The notes under the pieces: model-generated
Seen by the model: the letters and a program-made list of their open reading frames with translations, nothing else
Databases searched by the model: none
What the model was told of the DNA's origin: nothing
Origin: a virus
Lineage: Duplodnaviria > Heunggongvirae > Uroviricota > Caudoviricetes
Virus record (IMG/VR): IMGVR_UViG_3300017650_000009
Reading direction: 5' to 3' (one strand)
DNA length: 64,000 nucleotides
Program-made: the position numbers and the translations under genes
Part shown: positions 47,160-56,637 of the stretch, in pieces
Position numbering within the stretch: the first letter of the stretch is position 1
Layout of the letters: every line of letters begins with the position of its first letter

Positions 47160-47533
47160 AAAATCCAGGCTCCACCTTCATTAAGTTTTTTAATTTTACG
47201 AATTTTCGGATGAAGCGTTGCCCATGTCTCAAACTCTTGAGATATTTGTCCGCTCTTACCCGTAATATGTGTGATCTTCTTATAACCCAAAAGATCAGCT
47301 TGTTCAATATGTTGGAGAATCTCTGCATGTGCTTGCTGAAGAGTCATGTGATGCAAGTCAAGCTTGGGAGAGAAACTAATGTCGCGAACAGGCAACCGAC
47401 GCACACGATGCACGGGTGGATTTAGGTTTGGTGTTGAGAAACACGATGTACTTGACATCGCCTCGTCCCAAAGTGTCTGTTCCTCTTTTGTAAGTTTTCT
47501 CATTTCAATTTTGACTCTTAACCCTATTATCAC
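47141..47533 (-). CDS. Smr-domain protein
   Basis: KLDLHHMTLQQA ... KITHITGKSG resembles Smr LDLHG...HGKG. Confidence 0.5.
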   Translation of the reverse strand: MIIGLRVKIEMRKLTKEEQTLWDEAMSSTSCFSTPNLNPPVHRVRRLPVRDISFSPKLDLHHMTLQQAHAEILQHIEQADLLGYKKITHITGKSGQISQEFETWATLHPKIRKIKKLNEGGAWILWLRKK

Positions 47534-47584
47534 GTATAACTACATGGACGGCTCATAATAGTCAATTTTTTAGGAGTATTTTTT

Positions 47585-48034
47585 ATGTATGTAAGCACCA
47601 AAACATATGGACACGAAATCGGTCTATCATGTGCTTTCCGTCAGTGGCGCGCTGATTCTCATTGCCGTTTTATTCACGGTTACGCGCTGAAGATTCATTT
47701 GGAATTCGAAGCTGATGAGCTCGATGCTCGTAATTGGGTTGTTGATTTTGGATCCCTTAAGAGTTTCAAGCAGATGCTTGAAGATACATTCGACCATAAG
47801 CTTCTAGTAGCGGAGGATGATCCGGAACTAGAAACCCTTAAGGCGCTTCAGGACAAGGGTCTTGCCGAGGTTGTTGTTTTGCCTAAGGCTGGTTGCGAAG
47901 CGTTTGCTGAGTATGTCTTTGGTGCTGCCGAGACATGGATTGCGTCGAATGGTTATGCACCACGTGTTCGTATGCGCCGTGTTGAAGTACATGAGCATGG
48001 TGCAAATAGCGCTGCTTACGTTCCTACCCGTTAA
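47585..48034 (+). CDS. queD: 6-carboxytetrahydropterin synthase / PTPS-family protein
   Basis: CRFIHGY (CxxxHGH-like) and DFGSLKSFK...DHKLL match QueD/PTPS. Confidence 0.65.
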   Translation: MYVSTKTYGHEIGLSCAFRQWRADSHCRFIHGYALKIHLEFEADELDARNWVVDFGSLKSFKQMLEDTFDHKLLVAEDDPELETLKALQDKGLAEVVVLPKAGCEAFAEYVFGAAETWIASNGYAPRVRMRRVEVHEHGANSAAYVPTR

Positions 48035-48663
48035 GAACGTTGCTCAACTTCTACAACTTGGTCCCCGAACATCAATTTGAGGACCAAGACTTCGTTTAGT
48101 TTATCAACATAAACGAATGTATCTCTGATAACACCTTCGGGACAAATCGGAGTAACACTGTTTGAGAACTTTCTACAAACAAGCTTATGATGTAGACCTA
48201 GCTCCAATAGCTGGTCTACATTTTCTTTTTCCGTACCCCAATCCCGTTGCTTCATCTTGATGCGAAACATAAACTCGTCAAAGAACTTCCCCTTGCGGTT
48301 AGTCTTCGGCATTGGCTTTGACCATGAATCCTTATGCGTTTGAATCACGCTGTTTACGTAAAAAGATGAATGATTCGTTAGGAACCAACGAATGATACTT
48401 GGTTCATTACCATATATGTGAAAATCATAAGTGCTTCGATTCGCAATGATGTTTGCGCCAAGTGAATCAAGCTTATCATGAAGCCGTTGCTTTAGATCAT
48501 CAAAACGAATCCATGAATCTGGTGTTGGACTTACTGAAATGCGAAATCCATATTTGTTGAAGAAACGTGGACGATGACGTACTTCACTAGCCGATGAGTC
48601 AAGGATATCACTATCAACTAGCGCCCGGATTGCTCGTTCCATACGTTGTTCATAAGTCCACAT
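48031..48663 (-). CDS. FKLxFG-family protein, longer member (start at MWTYEQ with SD gaaggag)
   Basis: C-terminal VLVLKLMFGDQ; start adjusted from the track to remove overlap with 48775 gene. Confidence 0.4.
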   Translation of the reverse strand: MWTYEQRMERAIRALVDSDILDSSASEVRHRPRFFNKYGFRISVSPTPDSWIRFDDLKQRLHDKLDSLGANIIANRSTYDFHIYGNEPSIIRWFLTNHSSFYVNSVIQTHKDSWSKPMPKTNRKGKFFDEFMFRIKMKQRDWGTEKENVDQLLELGLHHKLVCRKFSNSVTPICPEGVIRDTFVYVDKLNEVLVLKLMFGDQVVEVEQRS

Positions 48664-48774
48664 TTGATTCTCCTTCAGCTTCATATTTAACATGAATAGC
48701 AAATCCATACAAGGATAAAGGTTGACTTTGGATAGTGCTTTGTTAAAACATCTATAACCAATAAGGAGAGAATT

Positions 48775-49275
48775 GTGAATTGCATTCCGAAAGCTCGTAT
48801 TTCCGTTTATGATGATGCATCGCGCCGGGAAACCGAAACAATAGCATTTCGTAGTGCGAGCATTCAGTTTATCAAGGAATGCAAGGAGTATCATGGTCAG
48901 GAGAAAACTTCCAATCTTATTAACAAGTTGGGAGAAGTCTTGGGACGTGAATGGTCCGCACAAGTGATTTTCGATCTACTAACGGAAGAAGAAACTAACG
49001 TTGTAACTATTCGGTTTACCGCGTTTTCAACGGAAAATGCGATCCCCAAGATTAAAGCTCTCCGATCTGCTGCTGAAATATCCTTAAAGGAAGCAAAAGA
49101 TCTTATAGAGGATTTGCATGACAAGTTAGCCGCAATTATATTTGAATGCCAACGTAAAGGTGTGAGTTTACCTCGTGCACATTTCTTGCCATTCATCGAG
49201 TTGCGAGTTAAAATGGAAGATCGTAACGACGCCTTAGCGGCACTTAGGTATTGTAATGGACTTTTTATAATATGA
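48775..49275 (+). CDS. protein with ribosomal L7/L12 C-terminal-domain-like region
   Basis: VVTIRFTAFSTENAIPKIKALRSAAEISLKEAKDLIEDL versus L12 CTD [24 protein letters not shown]; GTG start with SD aaggagag. Confidence 0.45.
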   Translation: MNCIPKARISVYDDASRRETETIAFRSASIQFIKECKEYHGQEKTSNLINKLGEVLGREWSAQVIFDLLTEEETNVVTIRFTAFSTENAIPKIKALRSAAEISLKEAKDLIEDLHDKLAAIIFECQRKGVSLPRAHFLPFIELRVKMEDRNDALAALRYCNGLFII

Positions 49276-49502
49276 GTATTTTGAATGATGTACGAGCTCG
49301 AATCGCTGAGCTCGGTGGTAGTGAACTAGCCACGAAAGAGGATATGCCTGCACTCCAAGAACTTTGGGAGAAGATGCAGGAACTTCGTGTCGAAATGTAT
49401 GAAGTGAAAAAGAAAGCTGCCGAGGACGCGGCTGCACCATATATGGAAGCAATTGCTGAAATCGAGAAACGTTATGCGTTTCTCCTTAGGATGACTAGTT
49501 AA
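49272..49502 (+). CDS. hypothetical coiled-coil protein
   Basis: ORF track. Confidence 0.35.
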   Translation: MSILNDVRARIAELGGSELATKEDMPALQELWEKMQELRVEMYEVKKKAAEDAAAPYMEAIAEIEKRYAFLLRMTS

Positions 49503-50044
49503 TGACAACTCAACCCGCCAAAGCTCTTAGCACTATCATGCGTGGTTATGTTCGCTTGTTTAATCAAGTGACATACTATCGAAATAATGTCATATTGCCT
49601 TGGCGGGGCGATAACAAACAAATTGATTTGGCTGTGATTCATACATGGCCAATTAGTGAGAAAAATTATGAAAATTATTTGAGTTCAAATCCCAAAGAGA
49701 TCGATTGGAAACACTTTGTCAGCAAGACTCTTGTCACATATATGCAACAGAACCCCGATTGTACGCTGGGCTCATATATGATGGTATTGTTTCCACGAGC
49801 AATAAATTTTGCTATGCCATTTGAAAATGGAGAGACGTTTTATAATGTACGAGCGAAACTTGCCACAAAATTAGAAGTGGCTGGTATTCGTATCCCAAGC
49901 AATAAAGGGCCATTTGCTACTCCATCACACCGTTTAACGTTGTCCGATGAAGTACATCGATTGATCATCGATATGTTTCAAGACATTTCGGATGGTGCAA
50001 AGATAGAATCCGAACTAATTAACCTTCGCTTTAGACTTTCATAG
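49502..50044 (+). CDS. hypothetical protein (C-terminus LINLRFRLS, possible distant family member)
   Basis: ORF track. Confidence 0.4.
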   Translation: MTTQPAKALSTIMRGYVRLFNQVTYYRNNVILPWRGDNKQIDLAVIHTWPISEKNYENYLSSNPKEIDWKHFVSKTLVTYMQQNPDCTLGSYMMVLFPRAINFAMPFENGETFYNVRAKLATKLEVAGIRIPSNKGPFATPSHRLTLSDEVHRLIIDMFQDISDGAKIESELINLRFRLS

Positions 50045-50052
50045 GAGAACTT

Positions 50053-51372
50053 ATGTCTTATACTGAAAATAAAGCCATCAACATTCCAAAGTCACATTAT
50101 GTGGGATTCAAGAGTTCTGGTGGCACAGTTCCACTAGGATTCATGACACCGGATGGTACAGACAAAGCTGCGGCAAAGCGTAAATCCACAGTCGATAATT
50201 GGGCTCGTGGTTATTATTATGGTAATAGAGAACGCCCAAAGGAAATTCCTGCATCAGTGCTTGAGAATAAACCAATGGTTGGGTTCAAGTTGGGTCGCAA
50301 TATTTCGGGTGGCGGTTCGGGCTGGAATTCACGTCATGATAAGTGGCGTATCCAGGATCCACGTGGTTTCGAACTTGAAATCAATTCAGGCAACCTCGAA
50401 GAAATCATTCGTTTGAGCACTTTGGAGAATGGTGAAATTCTCGAACCATGCATTTGGGCTCGTTTGGGCGCTGAAAACATTTTGCTTCCAACAGCATCGG
50501 ATGCATACAAAAATGCAACAGCAAACACCGTTCGCAATAACACAACTGGGTCAGTTCGAGATCTAGTACCGGGCTGTAAAGCTACTTTGAAGAATGGTAC
50601 TGAAATTCGATTTATCGGTCGCGTGTATGTTTATGGTTTGAAGAAGTACGTGAAGACCGAGGATTATTCTCGTCAACTTGATTTGCAGACTATTTTCTAT
50701 CCCAAGACTACGTATTTTGCATTCTATGAGTTTGATAAGAATGGCAATCAATCAAAGACGATCAACTTGAAGAAGTCGATTGTTGTCTCGTATATCGACA
50801 CGGAAGAAACCACACCCATCGAAAAGATGTGTGAGATTGCGAACCGGTCGGTTGTTGCTGGTGATCATATCTATACCTCAGGTAATGATCTTGCCGATGT
50901 TCGTATTCTAGCGTTGCTTCCAACGTACGACGTTGATCCAGTTAGTATCGACCGCAAGCTTGTTAGCCGTGGTGGTGTACTTGAGAATCACGAGCGTATA
51001 GCTGCAAATAAAACCAACGACGCTCATCCCGAATATTATACGATCGTTCACGTAGGTGGCCAGGGTGTTTGGGCAAAGGCATATTCTCGTGCCGAACATA
51101 AAAGCCCTTCAACGGCAAAACTTTCGGAACTATTTGTGCCACACTATTCATACCAGGTAGACGAAGAAGAACTTACAAAGAACTTCCGTCCATGTTTGGT
51201 GTATAAGACGGTACAAACGAATTCGTGGTACTCTTCGAGGAATCATCGTCAAACAGTTACCATCGATTTCACTAATGGCTCGGGTAATGATCTTGAATTC
51301 TTTAGTCTGATCTACACGATTACGTTAAAGAATGGCGTTACGTACGATATCGATTTTTCCAGTTTATACTAG
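50053..51372 (+). CDS. hypothetical protein
   Basis: ORF track; SD aggaga. Confidence 0.45.
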   Translation: MSYTENKAINIPKSHYVGFKSSGGTVPLGFMTPDGTDKAAAKRKSTVDNWARGYYYGNRERPKEIPASVLENKPMVGFKLGRNISGGGSGWNSRHDKWRIQDPRGFELEINSGNLEEIIRLSTLENGEILEPCIWARLGAENILLPTASDAYKNATANTVRNNTTGSVRDLVPGCKATLKNGTEIRFIGRVYVYGLKKYVKTEDYSRQLDLQTIFYPKTTYFAFYEFDKNGNQSKTINLKKSIVVSYIDTEETTPIEKMCEIANRSVVAGDHIYTSGNDLADVRILALLPTYDVDPVSIDRKLVSRGGVLENHERIAANKTNDAHPEYYTIVHVGGQGVWAKAYSRAEHKSPSTAKLSELFVPHYSYQVDEEELTKNFRPCLVYKTVQTNSWYSSRNHRQTVTIDFTNGSGNDLEFFSLIYTITLKNGVTYDIDFSSLY

Positions 51373-51396
51373 AACGTCCAAATTACAGTCAAGGAA

Positions 51397-51425
51397 AAGC
51401 CCCAAGTTTTTGCTTGGGGCTTTTT
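51397..51425. terminator. bidirectional intrinsic terminator between convergent genes
   Basis: aaagccccaag-ttttt-gcttggggcttt + tt. Confidence 0.6.
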
Positions 51426-51431
51426 AGTATC

Positions 51432-52784
51432 TTAATCGAACTTTAGTTTCCCAAGCTCCACAACTTCTTTCCTGTATATGGATTTTAGCTTCTTAGGATC
51501 AGCCAACGTACTGGTGTATTCGGCAATATTATCCTCAAGACGCTTGATATTCTCCAACACACTAGCATAAGCATCCTGCGCCCAACGATACGAAGGCAAG
51601 CTTACAATGCGATCTAGCTGAGAAGCATCCAATAGAATACCACTAGTAATTGCCTTGACTGCATCAGTTATCTCAGCCTTGTTCGCCATAGTACTGAGTT
51701 TGCTTGGAAGCTTTTTATCGAAACAAATCTTAACAGCGCGCCAATAGTTGAGTGCGTATTCGTCCTCTGCTTTCATATATTCGTATCGTGTGGTGTACCA
51801 CTTAAGGCGCCAATCAACAAATGACTTTACAACATCCTCTGCGCAATCATATTGCTTGATCGTACTGTTATTCCAATCCACTACAACGATACGTTCTGAC
51901 TTCTTCTGACGTAACTTGAGGAAATCAATAGCCTTTGTTTCGTCCCATTTTGCAACAGAACCTCGCGCCATTTTAATCTTAATATCGATGGTCTTAGTCG
52001 AACTATCTGTGTAAGAGTTGATCTTTCCATCGTCCTCAAGTGAGTTTAGGCGTTCTTTAAACTTAGCTAGACTCAGATCAACAGGCAATTCAGTAACATG
52101 CAAGGTAGAGGAATCAATAACCGCAACACGTCCAGTAAACTCCCAGGAATTTTCCTCCAAATGCTTAACTTGCACTTGATAACGCGCATAATCGGGAACC
52201 AAACGCTTGATTTCTTTTCCATCAATTGCTGCGAGTGTTGCTTCAACTAGGCTATTGAAGTTACGACGTAGAATCTCCGTAGACCAACCAACCGCAATAC
52301 CCGATACACCATTGAGCAAAACAGTCGGAATCAATGGAAGGAAATGTACGGGTTCCTTTACCGAACCATCATAGTTGTCCTTTAGCGGGACAATATCAAG
52401 ATCAGTGAGCATGAGATTCTGCAGGACTGAGCCTCTACGAACATACGTATAACGAGGAGCACCAATACCCTCCACTGGGGCAGTTCGTGTACCAAAAGCA
52501 CCAATGCCATTGAGCAGCGGGATATTATTAACGAACGGAGCCGCAAGCATACTGACAGCGCCGGCCGCGCTTGCATCACCATGCAGGTACAAACCAGACT
52601 GAATCATTTCACCAGCAAGTGAAACGGTTTTAACCTTTTCTGATTTATTACGGATTAGCCAAAGAGCTTTACGTTGTGCGTCCTTGAGACCGTCATGAAC
52701 CTTTGGGATTGCTCGGTTCTCACAAACGTAAATGGAATATTCGCGTGAAGTATCTAGGATATAATCTGAACTATTTTGAGCCAT
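51432..52784 (-). CDS. type II DNA topoisomerase, GyrA-like cleavage subunit (T4 gp52-like)
   Basis: HDGLKDAQRKALWLI (GyrA DGLKPVHRR motif); RYTYV active-site Tyr region. Confidence 0.75.
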   Translation of the reverse strand: MAQNSSDYILDTSREYSIYVCENRAIPKVHDGLKDAQRKALWLIRNKSEKVKTVSLAGEMIQSGLYLHGDASAAGAVSMLAAPFVNNIPLLNGIGAFGTRTAPVEGIGAPRYTYVRRGSVLQNLMLTDLDIVPLKDNYDGSVKEPVHFLPLIPTVLLNGVSGIAVGWSTEILRRNFNSLVEATLAAIDGKEIKRLVPDYARYQVQVKHLEENSWEFTGRVAVIDSSTLHVTELPVDLSLAKFKERLNSLEDDGKINSYTDSSTKTIDIKIKMARGSVAKWDETKAIDFLKLRQKKSERIVVVDWNNSTIKQYDCAEDVVKSFVDWRLKWYTTRYEYMKAEDEYALNYWRAVKICFDKKLPSKLSTMANKAEITDAVKAITSGILLDASQLDRIVSLPSYRWAQDAYASVLENIKRLEDNIAEYTSTLADPKKLKSIYRKEVVELGKLKFD

Positions 52785-53011
52785 TATTGAGCCTTATTAT
52801 TTTTTATTTTTTAATTATGGGTTTTAACACCGAAACTATTTACAACATGAGCTTAAATCGGATAGCTTCTTGTTTTGTCTCAAATAACAAATAGAATCCA
52901 CCATCATCTATATACCAAGTAATTATTTTGGGCTCGATATTCAATTCAACACAAACTTCAAAAACTCTAGCTTCGTCATATTTGGTCAAATCCAAATAAA
53001 GCTTGTATCCT

Positions 53012-53263
53012 TTAGCCATTGAAGTTCAATCGGAACATCATTGCGTCTTGCTTCTTACTGAACCAACACTTGACCTCGTAATGCTTGAATGCACCGTATG
53101 AGTCTTCGAATTTGATAATCTCGTACCATACTGTACCGACGCAATACTGCTTGACCCAATCAACTAGTTCTTGTTCATCCCATGTTGAGTAATTCACACG
53201 ATTCACAAACTTGAATTTGGATTCCTTAGGAACTGATCCGCTAATACGAACTGCTTTACTCAT
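53012..53263 (-). CDS. FKLxFG-family small protein
   Basis: C-terminus AMMFRLNFNG. Confidence 0.45.
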   Translation of the reverse strand: MSKAVRISGSVPKESKFKFVNRVNYSTWDEQELVDWVKQYCVGTVWYEIIKFEDSYGAFKHYEVKCWFSKKQDAMMFRLNFNG

Positions 53264-53264
53264 G

Positions 53265-53738
53265 TTATTCCCTTATAAGTTTAACTCGAACGAGGTCTCT
53301 ATTCCCTTGATCCGTAATGAGAAAAATCGTGTTGTGCCTATATATGAACGCATATGATTCTGGTGCCAGATTCAAATCTTCAGTCACGATATTATAGATT
53401 TCGGCAAACTCATCTGTATTCAGAGCAAGATAAGACATACCAAATAGCTCAGGCACCATAAGATGAGCAAACTTTTTTACTATTGCCTCGTAATCGGATT
53501 TTTGATCGTCATACATGCATGACAAGCGTATATGAAGGGAATCCATCCCTTCAAGCTCTATATCATCGGGGTCATATATGGAATCAGATCCTCGTCCAGC
53601 AAACTCATATCCGACATTTTTTGAATCCATATATAAGGCAAACAAAAACAAATATGTATTTGGGGTCGTATTCTGATTCAAATCCTTATACGACCCCAAA
53701 AAGTTTGCATCCTTTAGATTCTGGCCTGATATTCTCAT
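53265..53738 (-). CDS. hypothetical protein
   Basis: ORF track; SD aaggagac. Confidence 0.4.
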   Translation of the reverse strand: MRISGQNLKDANFLGSYKDLNQNTTPNTYLFLFALYMDSKNVGYEFAGRGSDSIYDPDDIELEGMDSLHIRLSCMYDDQKSDYEAIVKKFAHLMVPELFGMSYLALNTDEFAEIYNIVTEDLNLAPESYAFIYRHNTIFLITDQGNRDLVRVKLIRE

Positions 53739-53749
53739 TTTGTCTCCTT

Positions 53750-53779
53750 AGGGGTATTTGACCCCTTGGGGTCAAATAC
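53750..53779. other. perfect 30-bp palindromic hairpin at intercistronic junction (no T-tract)
   Basis: ggggtatttgacccc-ttg-gggtcaaatacc; overlaps stop of topo subunit and precedes SD of next gene. Confidence 0.5.
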
Positions 53780-55652
53780 CAATCCAATCTTTTCTGTCGT
53801 CTGAACGACCATTGTTAAAGATCAAGTCCAAGGATTCCTTCATATTGCCATCATCGACGAATCCATAAAGTGCTGGATTATCCAACGAATATTGCCAGTC
53901 ATCCTCGGTAAGCGTTCCAAGACCCTTAGCACGAGTAATAGACCAACCGCTATATTCTTTTGGATCAAAATCCATATAGTTGTCAGAGTACCAGTATTTG
54001 CGTGTTTTGCCCTTCTCCGCAATGATGAATGGAGTCTTGAAAATATTAATAAACGCTGGTAGCTTTGGATCAAAAAGTTCTGGCCAATATGTGTGGAAGA
54101 AATTAATCAAAAGTGCGCCAATATTAAGACCATCCGGATCCATATCGTGCGCAATGTAAACGGAACCATAACGTAGCTCATCACGAACAGCTTTACGACC
54201 CAATACTAGACCCAAACTATTCATGATATCAGCGAGTGCTTTATTCGCAATAACAGTCTTCAGATCTTCACCATTGACGTTTAGAACCTTACCACGCAAC
54301 CCCAAGCCGCCATGGATTTTTGGATCACGAACTGACCCCATACCCGAGATAGCAGATTCACCTTCGGCCAAAAATAGTATGCACTTGGTACGATCGTTGC
54401 CGTTTGCATCCATTAGACCAGCCACTTTACTACGAGAAAGCTTCTTTGCTGCCTTTGCAATATCAGCAGCATCTTTCTTCATAGTGCGTTCGGAACAACG
54501 CTTATAGATTTCTTCAATCCATTCTTTGTTCTTTCGGATAACATCCTTGTATAGTTCAGGATCCTCAAGTGCCTTTGTAACGACCTTGGATACTTCTTCG
54601 TTAATCAAGCGAGTCTTTGACTGCGAATCGAAGTTGGGACCATGCATATTTGTGATGTTATAGATGAGAACACCCTCAGTGACATCACTACGGTTTGGAC
54701 TCAACTTACGACGCTTGCTTTCCTTCTCCAATGCATTCAATAGATTACGATAGAAATCACGTCGGAATGTTTCAATATGAACACCGCCGTTGAAAGCTGG
54801 AATATTATTGACTAGTGTATGGAAATGTTCACCATCATTGATAAAATTCGGAACTAGCCAGAAACGTGTACGGAAGTTGTCTTGTTTGATTTCCAAATTA
54901 ATCGGTTTGATCTTCTCAAACATGGTTTGTTCTGGACGCGGCTTTACTCGGATTTGTGTACCATTGAAATACACCTTAATCAACGAGTTAGCAATCGCAA
55001 TCTCTGTAATACGATCACGAACAAACTCAACTGGCAAAGTAGTATCCGAAAATACCTTCTTGCTTAGTTTGAATGTAACCTTGGTTCCAGTCTTTCCACT
55101 TGTAACATCGATGATCTTTGGTTCACTCGCAACTAGTTCCTCACCAAGTGCTTCATTACCCTCTGTGAAACTCTGGGTGAATTTCTTACCATTGCGATGA
55201 ATCACAAGCTTGAAATATTCGGAACAAAAGTTAACGCCGGCAGCACCAATACCATTCGTGCCAGCTACCTCACCACGTTCTTCGAAATTACGACCTGCAC
55301 GAGCATGAGACAAAGCCAATGTTGCAGCATGAACTTGATGATCATCGTCCCAATCGATTGGAATACCGCGACCATTGTCCTCAACTGACATTTCGCGAGT
55401 TTCAGGATCATATGTTACGTCAAGACGATTACCATGACCATGGCCGACTACTTCATCCAAGCTGTTATCGATGATTTCACGGAAGGCCGTATAAACTGCT
55501 GGAACCCATTTATAGGAGCGAGGTTCTGGTTTAGTTCCGTCATATGCGATGACTGTCTGTTCATGCAAGGCGCGTGAACCAAAATACATTTCAGTCTTTA
55601 ATCGAACGTGTGAATAATCGGTGAGTTTCTTAATTGATTTTTCAGATGCCAT
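53772..55652 (-). CDS. type II DNA topoisomerase, GyrB-like ATPase/TOPRIM subunit (T4 gp39+gp60-like)
   Basis: HVRLKTEMYFGS, EIIDNSLDE, DNGRGIP (GHKL ATPase); LAEGESA TOPRIM motif. Confidence 0.8.
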   Translation of the reverse strand: MASEKSIKKLTDYSHVRLKTEMYFGSRALHEQTVIAYDGTKPEPRSYKWVPAVYTAFREIIDNSLDEVVGHGHGNRLDVTYDPETREMSVEDNGRGIPIDWDDDHQVHAATLALSHARAGRNFEERGEVAGTNGIGAAGVNFCSEYFKLVIHRNGKKFTQSFTEGNEALGEELVASEPKIIDVTSGKTGTKVTFKLSKKVFSDTTLPVEFVRDRITEIAIANSLIKVYFNGTQIRVKPRPEQTMFEKIKPINLEIKQDNFRTRFWLVPNFINDGEHFHTLVNNIPAFNGGVHIETFRRDFYRNLLNALEKESKRRKLSPNRSDVTEGVLIYNITNMHGPNFDSQSKTRLINEEVSKVVTKALEDPELYKDVIRKNKEWIEEIYKRCSERTMKKDAADIAKAAKKLSRSKVAGLMDANGNDRTKCILFLAEGESAISGMGSVRDPKIHGGLGLRGKVLNVNGEDLKTVIANKALADIMNSLGLVLGRKAVRDELRYGSVYIAHDMDPDGLNIGALLINFFHTYWPELFDPKLPAFINIFKTPFIIAEKGKTRKYWYSDNYMDFDPKEYSGWSITRAKGLGTLTEDDWQYSLDNPALYGFVDDGNMKESLDLIFNNGRSDDRKDWIGI

Positions 55653-55764
55653 TTTGAATCCAATATTTTTTCTTAAATTTACTAAATTGTTGAGCCAATT
55701 GTCAATTTTCTAGGTGCCAAGAGAAACCCACTAATGAGTTCCACATAATAATTTATGCCTGTGT

Positions 55765-55793
55765 TGACAATCAATATATTTTCCGCTACATTG
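55765..55793 (+). promoter_or_regulatory. sigma70-like (early) promoter TTGACA-17-TACATT
   Basis: gtgTTGACAatcaatatattttccgcTACATTggg upstream of 55811. Confidence 0.4.
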
Positions 55794-55810
55794 GGCAAAA
55801 GGAGTAACCC

Positions 55811-56179
55811 ATGTCTTATATTGCATATGAGCTAGATGAAGTATCAAGAAACAAGCTTTTGGCGATCTTTCCACCAAAGTTTGCTGATTTCATTGGGCAC
55901 CATGTGACTTGGGCATTTGGTGTGGGCTCAGATGTTCCATTGCCGCCGGTTACTGACATTCGTGTTATCGGATATCTCAGCGACGATTCGCTTGAGTGTC
56001 TCGTGGTTGAGGTTGGAGGAACACATGTACGCGAAGATGGTCGAACATACCACATCACTTGGTCGCTTGATCGTGACAAAGGTCGAAAGCCTGCGGAATC
56101 AAATTTTCTTCTTGGTGCTTCTACTTTCTCTAGGATTTCACCTGTGGAGATTCATGCAATCCCCAAGCATTTTAAGTGA
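55811..56179 (+). CDS. 2H phosphoesterase superfamily protein (LigT/CPDase/Acb1-like)
   Basis: Two H-x-T-x motifs: HHVTWAF and YHITWSL. Confidence 0.55.
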   Translation: MSYIAYELDEVSRNKLLAIFPPKFADFIGHHVTWAFGVGSDVPLPPVTDIRVIGYLSDDSLECLVVEVGGTHVREDGRTYHITWSLDRDKGRKPAESNFLLGASTFSRISPVEIHAIPKHFK

Positions 56180-56604
56180 GACTAATGAATAACATTGATA
56201 TGACTGTGGTAACATACCCGGATTACCATTTGGAGCCGGGAGCCCACAATATTGTTGTAACTGGTGGGCATAAAGATCGGCAGCAAATACAAGATTTAAT
56301 TGGTGAGCTTTGGCCCTCCAAAGTCGCAGTTTATCATCTAGAGAATCCGAGTATTCCCAATGTGAATTCCAAAATTGCTCACGCATTCACGTATATGAGT
56401 TTGTCTCATACTCAGATTATTTTGATTGAGCAAACCTCTTCCCTTCTAACCAATATGCTTCCTATTTGCAAAAATGCGTTCATCATTATTGTTGACGATC
56501 AGGCGTTAGAATATGTGACCTGTTCTTTAAACTTGACATATCCGGGTCGCCTGTTTTTTAATATAGAAGACGCGGTTAAAGCTGCAATTTTGGCTACCAA
56601 ATAA
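56176..56604 (+). CDS. hypothetical protein
   Basis: ATGA overlap with upstream gene. Confidence 0.4.
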   Translation: MRLMNNIDMTVVTYPDYHLEPGAHNIVVTGGHKDRQQIQDLIGELWPSKVAVYHLENPSIPNVNSKIAHAFTYMSLSHTQIILIEQTSSLLTNMLPICKNAFIIIVDDQALEYVTCSLNLTYPGRLFFNIEDAVKAAILATK

Positions 56605-56637
56605 ATATCATAATAACATCAATAGGAAGCATCATAG

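Noticed and set aside
53750-53779. Palindrome as a transcription terminator
   Set aside because: No flanking T-tract on either strand and it is followed directly by the SD of the next gene; more likely an RNA-processing or stability hairpin.
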